Source: an uncultured Chloroflexia bacterium | GTDB lineage: Bacteria > Chloroflexota > Limnocylindria > Limnocylindrales > CSP1-4 | Assembly (NCBI GenBank): GCA_963757765.1 | Contig: CAVWSL010000015.1 | Location: 1,922,524-1,986,523, forward strand | DNA length: 64,000 bases | Direction of reading: 5' to 3' | Shown here: positions 28,250 to 37,782 of the stretch, one piece after another | Position numbering within the stretch: position 1 is the first letter of the stretch | How the letters are laid out: every line of letters starts with the position of its first letter | The notes under the pieces: generated by a model | What the model saw: the letters and a program-made list of their open reading frames with translations, nothing else | Told to the model about the DNA's origin: nothing | Database searches by the model: none | Program-made: the position numbers and the translations under genes

Positions 28250-28291
28250 CCGTGTAGTATGGCCGGGGGCATGTTGACAGTCAACACGGAC
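28250..28291 (-). promoter_or_regulatory. Leaderless promoter overlapped by a palindromic GntR-type operator
   Basis: TTGACT, 17 bp spacer, CATACT, 6 nt, then ATG. Palindrome TGTTGACAGTCAACA at 28272-28286. Confidence 0.75.
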
Positions 28292-28328
28292 TCCTGGAGA
28301 CCACGATGACGCGACACGCAGGCGGGCA

Positions 28329-29081
28329 ATGACACGAGGCGTCTCTGGCCCGGTCGACGGGTTCGACAACACGACCCTGCGGGGTCGTGTCTACCAGCAT
28401 CTCCGGGAGGGCATCCTGTCCAACCGGATCGCGCCTGGGACCGTGCTCCAGGAGGTGCCTCTGGCGGAGTCGCTGCGCGTCAGCCGCGGGCCCATCCGCG
28501 AGGCGCTGGGGGACCTGGCCGCCGAGGGGCTCGTGACCATCACGCCGCGCCGCGGAGCGGTCGTGACGTCCCTCAGCAAGCGCGACTTCCTGGAGGCGTA
28601 CCAGGTGCGCGAGGCGCTCGAGTCACTGGCCGTCCAGCTGGCCGTGCCAGTCATGACCGAGGCCGACTTCGGGCAGCTCGAGCGGCTCCAGGAGCGGATG
28701 ATCGACGCGAACGGGCGAGATGATCTCCTGGGCTTCTTCGACGCCAACATCGAGTTCCACGATTCATGGGTCGTGGCCGCAGGCAACGGCAAGCTGCTGG
28801 ACGTCTACCGGCGGCTCATCGGCCAGATGGTGCCCTATCGACGGCCGTCGGCGCTCCTGCGGGGTGGCCTCGACCGCTCCATCGCCGAGCATCGCGACAT
28901 CCTCGAGGCTGCCCGTGCGCGTGATGCCGACCGTGCCAGCTCGCTGATGCTCCAGCACATCCAGGTCCCCCAGCGTCGGCTCCTATCCCTCACCGAGGAG
29001 GAGTTCGCGCGCGAGACCCAGGGTGCGATGGAGACGATGGCCGCCGGTGGGCTCGGCAGCTCGAACGGGATCGTCGGCTAA
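28329..29081 (+). CDS. GntR (FadR/FCD) family transcriptional regulator
   Basis: LREGIL...LAESLRVSRGPIREAL..LAAEGLV; FCD motifs NIEFH and EHRDILEA. Confidence 0.95.
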   Translation: MTRGVSGPVDGFDNTTLRGRVYQHLREGILSNRIAPGTVLQEVPLAESLRVSRGPIREALGDLAAEGLVTITPRRGAVVTSLSKRDFLEAYQVREALESLAVQLAVPVMTEADFGQLERLQERMIDANGRDDLLGFFDANIEFHDSWVVAAGNGKLLDVYRRLIGQMVPYRRPSALLRGGLDRSIAEHRDILEAARARDADRASSLMLQHIQVPQRRLLSLTEEEFARETQGAMETMAAGGLGSSNGIVG

Positions 29082-29353
29082 GCCCGTCGTGGTCCCGCGC
29101 CTGGTCGTGGTCCCGGTCGATCGACCGCTGAACGGTGCTTCCCACCAACGAACAGCAGCCCGGCCGCCCACGAACGGCTGCCGTGGGCGCTCGCGTGCCG
29201 TAGCGACCGCCGACAGGCCGAGCCGACGACAGAGCGAGGTGCCACGCAGCCGCGATGGTCGCATCGCCCGCTGCGCGGTCGATCCTCGGGAGCCGCGACC
29301 GCCAGGATCGACCGCACGGCGGGCCGATCACGACGTTAGCGTCCTGACCATCC

Positions 29354-30445
29354 TCAGCTCGGTCCGGGCAGGCTCCGAGGTGGGGCCGTGGACGCACGCG
29401 AGATGATCTCCGGCGCGTCGTCGATCATCAGGTCATCGACGGGCTTGCCGTCGAACGCTTCCAGCAGCATCCGGACGGCCTCCTGGCCCATCTTGAAGTT
29501 GGGCATCCGGACGGTCGTCAGGGGCGGTGCGGTATGCGCCGCGAACGGATGGTCGTTGAAGGTCACGAGGGACATGTCACCGGGCACGGAGAGACCGGCG
29601 TCCGCGAGCGCGGCCAAGGCACCGATGGCGCTCATGAGGCTGGCCACGAACAGGGCGGTGGGTCGCGAACCCGGGGTAGCGCGCAACAGGGCTTCCACTG
29701 CGGAACGACCACCGTCCTCCGTCGGCGGCCCGGCAGCGAGCCAGCGCGGGTCGATCCGGATACCCGCTTTGGTCATGCCCGCCCCATAGCCGGTCAGCCG
29801 CCGGCGGGCGGTATCGGTGTCCGCATCCAGACCGAGATAGCCGATCCGTCGGTGGCCGAGCGACACGAGATGCTCGATGGCCATCCGGCTGCCACGCTCG
29901 TCGTCGACGACCACGGAGCCACGCACTCGTGACGTGCGGCGGTTGACGAGCACGAGCGGGATCTCGCGCTCACCGAGCTGCGCCACCATGTCATCCTCGA
30001 GGGATGCGAACGCGACGACCAACCCGTCCAACCGCCCATCGCCGATGAGCCGCTCGTAGATGGCGTGCGCCTTGCCGGCGACCGCGTCCGCCTCCACCAC
30101 CATCACGAGCTTGCCGGCAGCCGCGGCCGCCGCCTGGATGCCGTGGGTCACATCCGCGAACCCCAGGTTGTCGAGATTCGGGATGATGAGTCCCAGGGTG
30201 TCCGTGCGTCGCGTGCGCAGGCCCTGTGCCAGTGCGTTGGGTCGATAGCGCAGCTCCTTGGCTGCGTCCAGGATCCGTTGCCGGGTCTCCGGACGGACCT
30301 GCTGGCTGGGGTCATCACGCAGGACGCGCGAGGCCGTGGACGCGTCCACGCCTGCCCGTCGGGCTACATCCTTGAGATTGGCCAAGCGCGTCGCTCCATC
30401 TCCCTGTCGGGCACGCCCGGCGGGCGTCCCCGTTTGGTCAGGCAC
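29354..30445 (-). CDS. LacI family transcriptional regulator
   Basis: LKDVARRAGVDASTASRVL, YRPNALAQGL, LGHRRIG, PPLTTVR. Confidence 0.95.
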   Translation of the reverse strand: MPDQTGTPAGRARQGDGATRLANLKDVARRAGVDASTASRVLRDDPSQQVRPETRQRILDAAKELRYRPNALAQGLRTRRTDTLGLIIPNLDNLGFADVTHGIQAAAAAAGKLVMVVEADAVAGKAHAIYERLIGDGRLDGLVVAFASLEDDMVAQLGEREIPLVLVNRRTSRVRGSVVVDDERGSRMAIEHLVSLGHRRIGYLGLDADTDTARRRLTGYGAGMTKAGIRIDPRWLAAGPPTEDGGRSAVEALLRATPGSRPTALFVASLMSAIGALAALADAGLSVPGDMSLVTFNDHPFAAHTAPPLTTVRMPNFKMGQEAVRMLLEAFDGKPVDDLMIDDAPEIISRASTAPPRSLPGPS

Positions 30446-30520
30446 CAGGTCGGTCCGACGACCGACATCGTGGCAGGGATCGGCGCCGGACGCGAGCCGT
30501 CAGCGCGCCTCATCCGATGC

Positions 30521-31795
30521 TCACCCCTCGTCGGCCGCCCGGTCGTCGAGCGGGGACCGCTCCCGGTCGAGGGTCGGGCCACCCACGATGCCGGCTGCCT
30601 GCAGTCGCGCCAGGTCCGCATCGCTATGACCCAGCTCCGTGCCCAGGATCTGCCGATTGTCCTGTCCCAGGTCGCCACCGAGATGACGCACCTTGCCGGG
30701 CGTCACGGTCAGCCGCGGGATGGCGTTCTGGACACGCGCCTTGCCCAGGCGCGGGTCGTCGACCGTGGTGATGGTGTCACGCGCGATGTACTGCGGATCC
30801 TTGAAGATGTCCGCGATGGAGTAGATGGGTCCCACCACCGCCTGCTGCGCCTCGAATGCGTCCATGACCTCCTGCTGCGTGTGTGCCGCTATCCAGCCAC
30901 CGATGTATTCGTTGAGCAGGTCCTGGTGCTCGACGCGTCCAGCGTGGTCCGCGAACCACGGCTCCTGGACCACCTCGGCATGACCGACCAGCTTCATCAC
31001 CCGCTCGGCGATGGACTGGGAGCTGGCCGACATGCCCAGCCACTTGCCATCGCTCGTCTGGTAGGCGTTGCGGGGCGCGGTCCAGTCCGTGCTGCTGCCC
31101 GTCCGGTTCTGGACATAGCCCAGCTGGTCGTAGACCAAGGCCTGAGGGCCGAGCAACCAGAACAGTGGCTCGTAGATGGCGAGGTCGATGACCTGGCCCG
31201 GGCCGTGGTTCACGTTGCGATGCCACAGCGCGAACATGGTCACGAAGGTCCCGAACATCGAGGCGACGCCATCGCCGAGGGCGAACGGCGGCAGGGTCGG
31301 GGGACCGTCCGGCTGGCCATTGATGTGGGCGTAGCCGCTGATCGACTCCGCCACCGTGCCGAAGCCGGGCCGCGGGCTGTAGGGACCCGTCTGGCCGTAG
31401 CCAGAGCAGCGGACCATCACGAGGCCGGGATTGATGGCATGCAGGACATCCGGGCCCAGGCCCCATCGCTCGAACGTGCCCGGGCGGAACGACTCGATGA
31501 GCACGTCGGCGTCCTTGACCAGCTCCTTGAGCAGTTCGGCGCCCTCGGGCTCCCCGAAGTCGATGGACACGAGACGTTTGTTCCGACTGACGAACGCCCA
31601 CCACAGCGAGACGCCGTCCTTCTGCCAGCCGAGGGTCCGAAGTGCGTCGCCCTTGGGATGCTCGACCTTGATGACATCCGCGCCGAAATCCGCAAGCAGG
31701 GTGCCGATGACCGGGCCCGCGAAGAGCACCGCGGCATCGATGACCTTGAGCCCGGCCAATGGCCCCTGACCGCTCGGCCCTTCGCTGGACGTCAC
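30521..31795 (-). CDS. CoA-transferase family III (CaiB/BaiF)
   Basis: GPLAGLKVID, LADFGADVIKVEHP, RNKR, DADVLIESFRPG, SGYGQTGPY. Confidence 0.93.
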   Translation of the reverse strand: MTSSEGPSGQGPLAGLKVIDAAVLFAGPVIGTLLADFGADVIKVEHPKGDALRTLGWQKDGVSLWWAFVSRNKRLVSIDFGEPEGAELLKELVKDADVLIESFRPGTFERWGLGPDVLHAINPGLVMVRCSGYGQTGPYSPRPGFGTVAESISGYAHINGQPDGPPTLPPFALGDGVASMFGTFVTMFALWHRNVNHGPGQVIDLAIYEPLFWLLGPQALVYDQLGYVQNRTGSSTDWTAPRNAYQTSDGKWLGMSASSQSIAERVMKLVGHAEVVQEPWFADHAGRVEHQDLLNEYIGGWIAAHTQQEVMDAFEAQQAVVGPIYSIADIFKDPQYIARDTITTVDDPRLGKARVQNAIPRLTVTPGKVRHLGGDLGQDNRQILGTELGHSDADLARLQAAGIVGGPTLDRERSPLDDRAADEG

Positions 31796-31845
31796 GTGGC
31801 TCGCTTCCCTTCCGTCAGTCGCGCACGGCGTACGGGTCCTCCCGC

Positions 31846-31892
31846 TTGAGGACGTTGCCGGTCAGTGTGGCAAGGGGACAATCGATTGTCAA
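31846..31892 (-). promoter_or_regulatory. Promoter of the CoA-transferase-lacI operon with a perfect LacI-type operator
   Basis: Perfect palindrome GACAATCGATTGTC (31877-31890) overlaps TTGACA (31892-31887); 17 bp spacer to CACACT. Confidence 0.7.
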
Positions 31893-32005
31893 GCCCGGCA
31901 TCCGGGATGCGCGTGGAGCGGCCCGCCGTCCACGCGTCGGATCCGTCACCCTGGCACCGGCCGGCGGATGCCCGGCGCGCTGGCAGGGAGCGGCAGCGAC
32001 GCCGG

Positions 32006-32788
32006 TCAGACCGCGTCGAACAGGTCGGGCGCCACGTCGTAGGGATAGCAGCGGGCCGTCGCGGCCCCGTCGACGGCGATGCACTCGCCGCTCACGAAGG
32101 AGGCCTCATCGGACAGCAGGAATGCCGCCACCGATGCGATCTCCCTGGGCTCGCCCATCCGGCCCAGCGGATGGAGGGCCGCCATGTCATGCGCCGCGCG
32201 CTCAGGATCCGGGGAGGCATCGATGACCGACTGGTTCATGGACGTTCGGATAGCGCCGGGCTCGATGGCGTTCGCCCGGATACCGGCTGGCCCGTACTCC
32301 ACGGCGATGTATCGGGTCAGGGCATTGACGCCGCCCTTTGCCACGTCGTAGGCGGCGAAACCGCTGAACGCAGCTCGGGCATGGATCGACGAGATATTCA
32401 CGATGGCCCCCGGGGTCCGCTGCCGGAGGAACGTGCGGACAGCCTCCGAGGCGCCCCAGTACGCGCCCATGAGGTTGACCCGGATCGTCTCGTCGACATC
32501 CTCGGGTCGCGGATCATGAAGCGTGCCCATCCGGACCACAGCTGCGTTGTTGACCCAGCCACCGAGCGGCGCCAGGGCGGTGGCTCGACCGGCCGCCTGC
32601 GCCAGCAGCTCCCGGTCGGAGGCATCTCCGAGCAGCACCCCCTCGGCGCCGGGCACGCTCCGGGCATCCGCGGCCAGGACGGGGTCCCACTCCACGCCAA
32701 CGACCGACCAGCCGTCACCGATGAGGCGCTCGAAGATCGCCCGGCCTAGCCCCATCCCGCAGCCGGTCACGACCACGCTGCGCATCAC
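32006..32788 (-). CDS. SDR family oxidoreductase
   Basis: TGCGMGLG, NNAA, YDVAKGG, HPLGRMGEP. Confidence 0.93.
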   Translation of the reverse strand: MMRSVVVTGCGMGLGRAIFERLIGDGWSVVGVEWDPVLAADARSVPGAEGVLLGDASDRELLAQAAGRATALAPLGGWVNNAAVVRMGTLHDPRPEDVDETIRVNLMGAYWGASEAVRTFLRQRTPGAIVNISSIHARAAFSGFAAYDVAKGGVNALTRYIAVEYGPAGIRANAIEPGAIRTSMNQSVIDASPDPERAAHDMAALHPLGRMGEPREIASVAAFLLSDEASFVSGECIAVDGAATARCYPYDVAPDLFDAV

Positions 32789-33825
32789 CGGGATGCTCCC
32801 ATCGGCTGCGCCGACGGTACCGCACGGTTCGCCACGAGCGCCCGTGATACGACGCCGTCCTGTGCCACATGGCGAACGGGTCGATCATCTGCGTCGAAGA
32901 GGCTTACGGTCAGCCACGTCTCGTGGACCTGGCCGGGCACCAGCCGATGGGCATCGCCGCGCTCGACGGCCGCGGCCAGACCCAGCTCCGTCGTTGTCGT
33001 GTGCGGCTCGATGGCCAGGATCCGCCCTCGGCCGTGCCACGGATGCCCCGGGCTGCCGATCTCCCACCACGTCCAGGCATGGGGGAACGTCGCGACATCC
33101 CAGCTGAGGGCGACCCCGAGACCTGGCGCGACGCCCCGGATCGCGGCCCAGCCCGCTCCCTCTGCGAACCCCGAGAGGTACGCCAATCGATGGGTCGGAC
33201 CGGCCTCGACGTGGTCGATGGACACGACGCCACCCGCCCGACCCGGAACCTCCGGCCAGGCACCGGTCGATCCCTGCACCAGATCGGCGTAGGCGCCGTC
33301 GTCGACGGGGTCGACCGCCAGCCGAAGGCCGTCGGGCAGGTCGATCCGGGCACCGTCCGTGGCCGCGAACGCCGGGTGATGGCCCCAGAGGTAGGGCACG
33401 CTGAGGTCCGCGTCCAGGCGCACCGTCTCCCTGAGATGCAAGGTCGCCTGGTCGGGCGCCAGCTGCATCCGGCGCTCCAGGAGCAGTGGCAAACGCGTCG
33501 GGGTGCTCAGCGTGACGCCGTCATCCGTGCGATCGCTCATGCGCCATCGGGCGGTCGACACCTCGCCGTGGAAGGGCATCGGCACATCCAGCACGCGGCA
33601 CGCTGCGCCGGCATTCGGGAACAGCTCCTGCCATCCGCCGCGATATTCCGACAGCCAGTCCTCGATGGGATCACCCCAGGTGGTGGAGTGGCTCGCCGGC
33701 AGGGGGGAGGTCCAGTCATAGGTCGCCAGGACGTTCTGTCCGCCCGGCCTTCGGATCGCCAGGATGTCGGCGCCCCGATCCGGATCGACCTCTACCTCGA
33801 TGTGCGCATTGGCCAGCCGGATCAC
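32785..33825 (-). CDS. Aldose 1-epimerase/galactose mutarotase-like protein
   Basis: GTG 33825 with AGGAGG RBS; YRGGWQELFPNAG, PFHGE, WGHHPAF, LAIEP. Confidence 0.8.
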   Translation of the reverse strand: MIRLANAHIEVEVDPDRGADILAIRRPGGQNVLATYDWTSPLPASHSTTWGDPIEDWLSEYRGGWQELFPNAGAACRVLDVPMPFHGEVSTARWRMSDRTDDGVTLSTPTRLPLLLERRMQLAPDQATLHLRETVRLDADLSVPYLWGHHPAFAATDGARIDLPDGLRLAVDPVDDGAYADLVQGSTGAWPEVPGRAGGVVSIDHVEAGPTHRLAYLSGFAEGAGWAAIRGVAPGLGVALSWDVATFPHAWTWWEIGSPGHPWHGRGRILAIEPHTTTTELGLAAAVERGDAHRLVPGQVHETWLTVSLFDADDRPVRHVAQDGVVSRALVANRAVPSAQPMGASR

Positions 33826-33902
33826 GTTCGTCTCCCTCCTCGATGCTGCCGGTCGTGCCGCGAACCGAGACGCAGCGCTCCGCTTGGGGCGCTGCCCACC
33901 AC

Positions 33903-34406
33903 TCAGCCCGCGGGCGCCGGGTCGCCACGCAGGGCGGCGATCTTGTGGGGTGGCGCCTGGAGCAGCTCCAGATGCACCCCGTCGAACCCCTTGAAGTAGC
34001 AGCACTTGCCACCCAGGTTCACACCCGCCGTGATGGCATTGGGCGGCGACAGGAACTCGACACCCAGGCCGACCAGCCGCTCGTACTCAGCGTCTGCGTC
34101 GTCCACGGCGAACGCGAGATGCGCCTCACCCGGATCCTCGATCTCGATGGGCCGGGTCACGCCTTCCGGGTAGCGGTAGTGGACAAGCTCCATGTCGTGG
34201 GTCGAGATCCCTCGGTGCTGACCCGGGATGGCCAGCTGGGCGACCTCGATGTCGGCCCCCGGATAGCCCACGAGGCGTGCGGTGTACTCGTTGTGCTGCG
34301 TCTGCCGATGGACCAGCTCCCAGCCCAGCACATCGCGATAGAAAGCGATGGCGCCCTCCATGTCCGAGACCGTGAAGCTGAAGTGCCAGACGCCGTAGCG
34401 TTCCAT
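33903..34406 (-). CDS. VOC family protein
   Basis: WHFSFTVSDMEGAIAFYRDVLG, ELVHY, AHLAFAVDD, HLELLQ. Confidence 0.88.
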   Translation of the reverse strand: MERYGVWHFSFTVSDMEGAIAFYRDVLGWELVHRQTQHNEYTARLVGYPGADIEVAQLAIPGQHRGISTHDMELVHYRYPEGVTRPIEIEDPGEAHLAFAVDDADAEYERLVGLGVEFLSPPNAITAGVNLGGKCCYFKGFDGVHLELLQAPPHKIAALRGDPAPAG

Positions 34407-34435
34407 CTCATCGATCTCCTTGCCTGTATCAATCA

Positions 34436-35878
34436 TCATCGACCGCCGGGTCCGACCTCGATGAGGGGTACACCCATCACCTGGGCTGCCGCACGCAACT
34501 CGAGCAGCCGGTCCCCCCGGATGAGGGCCAGGTGGTGCGCTGGGCCCGCATCGATCCAGGCGGCGCTCGCCAGCCCGACGCCCGGTCGGTCGAAGGTGAT
34601 CGTGCCGCTCGGGCCGTTGAGGTGCTCGAAGCCACGACCGGAGAGTCGCCCGGTCGATGCCACCAGACGTGCGGGTCGGGTCGCGCTCGCCGGGCCGAAG
34701 GCGACGATGGTGGCCGGCCCCGCCTCGAACGCGAACCGGGTGGCGATACCCAGGCCGTTGCGACCGGGATACAGCTCGTTGGCGCACAGCCGTGCCGTCG
34801 TGCCGGGAGCACGCAGCGATAGATCGGCCATGCCGCACGATGACACCATCCATTCACCGGTGTCGCTCTCGATCGCGTAGCCCTCGCAGTACTGGGCCGA
34901 GCCGGCGATGCGCGCAGCGAGCATCAGTGCCACGGCCGTGGCGGCATCGCCGGTGCACGCGACCGGCAGCCCCGCGGCCCATAGCAGCGACGACCCGAGG
35001 CAGCCGACGACGCCCAGCTCCTCATCCCAGCGCACCAGGTCCGAGTGGCAGTTGAGCGCCAGCGCGTCGAGGGAGGCAGCCGCTGCGATCGCGGTCAGGA
35101 AGCGATGGACCCGGAGGCTCCGTGCCAGCAGCGGCTGCGCGTCCGGCTCGGGTCGCAGGCCGGCCGGCAGGCGCTCGAGGACGGGCGTCGCTGGCTCGGC
35201 GAAGCTCGCTGCCCTGGCTGCCGCCACCGCGGCGGCATCGATGTCCACGAGCTGGATGCCCAGCTGTGTGGCCGTCCCCAGATCCAGCACGACATCGCCG
35301 TAGCCAGGGATGATGCCGCCGAGGAGGCCCATCCGGGCGCCTCGCAAGGATGCTCCGGCAGCGCTGCCGACGACGGCGCGCGCGACATCCGAGGCGTCGC
35401 CGTCCATGCTGCTGACCGTGAGGTAGCGGCGGTCCTCGCGACCCAGCACGTTCGCCAGCATCACCGAGCCGAGCATGCTCGATGCCCGCGTCGCCTCCAC
35501 CTCGTCGACATCCGACTCCAGGCGCGTCACGCGCCGGTCATCCCAGATCACGATCGGGCCGGCGAACCTCCGGAGGGCCTCGCTGCCGTACGAGGGTGGC
35601 GCAGCCATCGTGGCGGCAGCCACCACGACCTGGACCTGCCCCTCCTCGAAACGTGCCCGCGCTGCCGCGGCGCTCGCGGACCCATCGACCAGCCCCGACT
35701 CGACGACCTGGAGTCCCTCTGCCCGCAGGGAGTCCGCGAGTCGGGCGGCGTATGCCTCCTGTGATGGTCGATACGAGGGCGGGAACCGTTCGTCGAAGAA
35801 CGCGAAGTAGGGCGTCAGCAGACCGACGCGGACGGGCTCCTGTGGCCTGGTGTCGGCGGGCATCGGCAGGTCGGTCAT
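34436..35878 (-). CDS. L-fucose/L-arabinose isomerase-like protein
   Basis: NCH, ACTGD, YCE, C-terminal PAHHLAL; overall FucI/AraA-like layout. Confidence 0.65.
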   Translation of the reverse strand: MTDLPMPADTRPQEPVRVGLLTPYFAFFDERFPPSYRPSQEAYAARLADSLRAEGLQVVESGLVDGSASAAAARARFEEGQVQVVVAAATMAAPPSYGSEALRRFAGPIVIWDDRRVTRLESDVDEVEATRASSMLGSVMLANVLGREDRRYLTVSSMDGDASDVARAVVGSAAGASLRGARMGLLGGIIPGYGDVVLDLGTATQLGIQLVDIDAAAVAAARAASFAEPATPVLERLPAGLRPEPDAQPLLARSLRVHRFLTAIAAAASLDALALNCHSDLVRWDEELGVVGCLGSSLLWAAGLPVACTGDAATAVALMLAARIAGSAQYCEGYAIESDTGEWMVSSCGMADLSLRAPGTTARLCANELYPGRNGLGIATRFAFEAGPATIVAFGPASATRPARLVASTGRLSGRGFEHLNGPSGTITFDRPGVGLASAAWIDAGPAHHLALIRGDRLLELRAAAQVMGVPLIEVGPGGR

Positions 35879-36210
35879 CCCCCGTCCGCCTCGACCTCGA
35901 TCTCGATGAGCATCCCGGGCTCGACGAGCTGCGTCACACCGACTGCCGTCGCAGGTGGGATCCGGTCATGGAAGAACGCGTTCGCCTCCTCCCGGGCCTC
36001 GGGCCACAGCCGCATGTCCGTCAGGAAGAAACGCACCCGCACGATATCCACCCGGGACCGGCCCTCACCCGTGAGCACCTCGTCGATGCGCTCGAGGGAA
36101 CGCCTCGTCTGGGCCCGGATGCCACCCTCGATGACCGGGCCTTCGGGCGTCCGGCCGACCATGCCGATGATGAACAGCAGCCCGCCGGCGCGGCGCACGG
36201 TCTCGAACAT
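35875..36210 (-). CDS. RidA/YjgF family protein (lacks the catalytic Arg)
   Basis: IRAQTRRSLERI, PPATAVGVTQL..PGMLIEIE. Confidence 0.88.
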   Translation of the reverse strand: MFETVRRAGGLLFIIGMVGRTPEGPVIEGGIRAQTRRSLERIDEVLTGEGRSRVDIVRVRFFLTDMRLWPEAREEANAFFHDRIPPATAVGVTQLVEPGMLIEIEVEADGG

Positions 36211-36264
36211 CGTCATCCCTCCTCGTGTTCCCACTGGCCACCGGGCCGGGCGCTGGGCGTCCGC

Positions 36265-37217
36265 TCAGACATCCGGCGTCATGACGGTACGCGGCTGGAC
36301 GACGAACAGCTCGACCAGCTCGTCGTCCGCGACACCGGCGTCCCGGAGCAGGCCCGCGAACGGCCCCGGCAGGAAGTCGTAGCCCGTGCCGCCGTACGCC
36401 CGCAGCATCGACAGACCGCAGATGTCGTGGGACAGCAGCAGCTGCGACAGGAAGCCGCGTCGTCGTGCCCGAGGACATATCGGAGGCGTCGCTCCACGAC
36501 CAGCGGCACCCGTCCCCGGATGGTGTCGTACTGCACCCAGGCCCCGCGACCGGCGATGGCCTCGTGGTAGTCGAGGTCGGGGTCGGTGTCGGTGTGACCC
36601 ACGATGACCCGGTCGGGCCGCACCCCAGCATCCTCGAGGATGTCCAGCTGGGCCAGGCCCACCTGGCCGAAGCGGGCATGGAGCGTGACGGGCAATCCCG
36701 TTCGTTGGTGCGCGACCGCGGCCGCGCGCAGCACCCGTTCCTCCGCCGGGCTCACGAAGTCCCTATCGGCGCCCAGCTCGCCGATGATGCCGGGTCGGAT
36801 GCCGGTGTCCTCGGCGCCCTGCTCGATCTCTCGGGTCAGCTGGTCGGCGAGCTGACGCGTCGTGATCGTGCCGAAGTCGGGTTCGTACCAGCGCTCGCGG
36901 TACCGCCCACAGCCCATCACGATGTCCAGGTCGAGGGTGTCCGCCATCCGCCGCAGGGTGGCCGGATCCCGGCCCATCCTGCGGTCGGTCCTCACATCCA
37001 CGATCCAGGGTCGACCCGGCCAGGCCGACCCCACGGCTTCCTGAAACCGGCGCACCTCGTCGCTGATGAGCTCCTCGTCGATGAGCTGGAAGTCGAAGGC
37101 GAGCATCGACGCCGGAAAGATGCTGATGAGGTCGATGCGCAGGTGCTCGTGGGTGAGCCCGAAGCCCAGCTCGGTCGGATCGACCGGGCCGCGGACGGTC
37201 ATCACTGGCTGGCTCAT
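36265..37217 (-). pseudogene. Phosphotriesterase-like lactonase (Php/PTE family) with a 1-bp frameshift
   Basis: VMTVRGP, THEHL, GRDP, GIIGELG, TLHA, VGHTD. A frame change near 36469 restores ARRRGFLSQLLLSHDIC...YGGTGYD, ending at TGA 36265. Confidence 0.8.
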
Positions 37218-37249
37218 GGCGAGGCACTCCGCATGTACGTCGTCCCCTG

Positions 37250-37726
37250 TCAGGTGGTGGGCTTGCCGTCGAAGGTGAGCGCGGACGTGATGAACTCCAC
37301 CCGGATGCCGTCGGGGTCGATCATGTAGACCGCACGCCCGCCGGTGTTGGGGCCGATGGTCGGGATGACCGGTGGCGACACCGAATCAACCCCCTTGGCT
37401 ACCAGGTCCGCGTACAGCGCATCGCAGTCGTCGGTGAAGAACGCGATGTGGGCCGTGCCCGGGTTCGCCGTACGGGTGTCGACCGCTGTCTTCTCCACGT
37501 TGCGGTACTCCATCACCTCCAGGAAGACGCCAGTGTCCCCAGGCATGCGCAGGATCGCGGCATGGATGTCCGCGTCGGGGTAGCCCGTGATGGTCCGGAT
37601 GTATTCCGCCTGGGGGTTCCAGCGGAAGACGACCTCGAAGCCAAGGATGTCGACGTAGAACGCGAGCGAGCGATCGAGGTCAGCGACCTGGATGCCCATA
37701 TGGTGCGGTCGCTTGATGACGGCCAT
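37250..37726 (-). CDS. VOC family protein
   Basis: HHMGIQVADLDRSLAFY, LEVMEY, PGTAHIAF, DPDGIRVEF. Confidence 0.9.
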   Translation of the reverse strand: MAVIKRPHHMGIQVADLDRSLAFYVDILGFEVVFRWNPQAEYIRTITGYPDADIHAAILRMPGDTGVFLEVMEYRNVEKTAVDTRTANPGTAHIAFFTDDCDALYADLVAKGVDSVSPPVIPTIGPNTGGRAVYMIDPDGIRVEFITSALTFDGKPTT

Positions 37727-37782
37727 GGCTACCTCCGGAGCTTCTTGGATGATGATCGGGGACGGAGCGATGAAGCCCGGAC

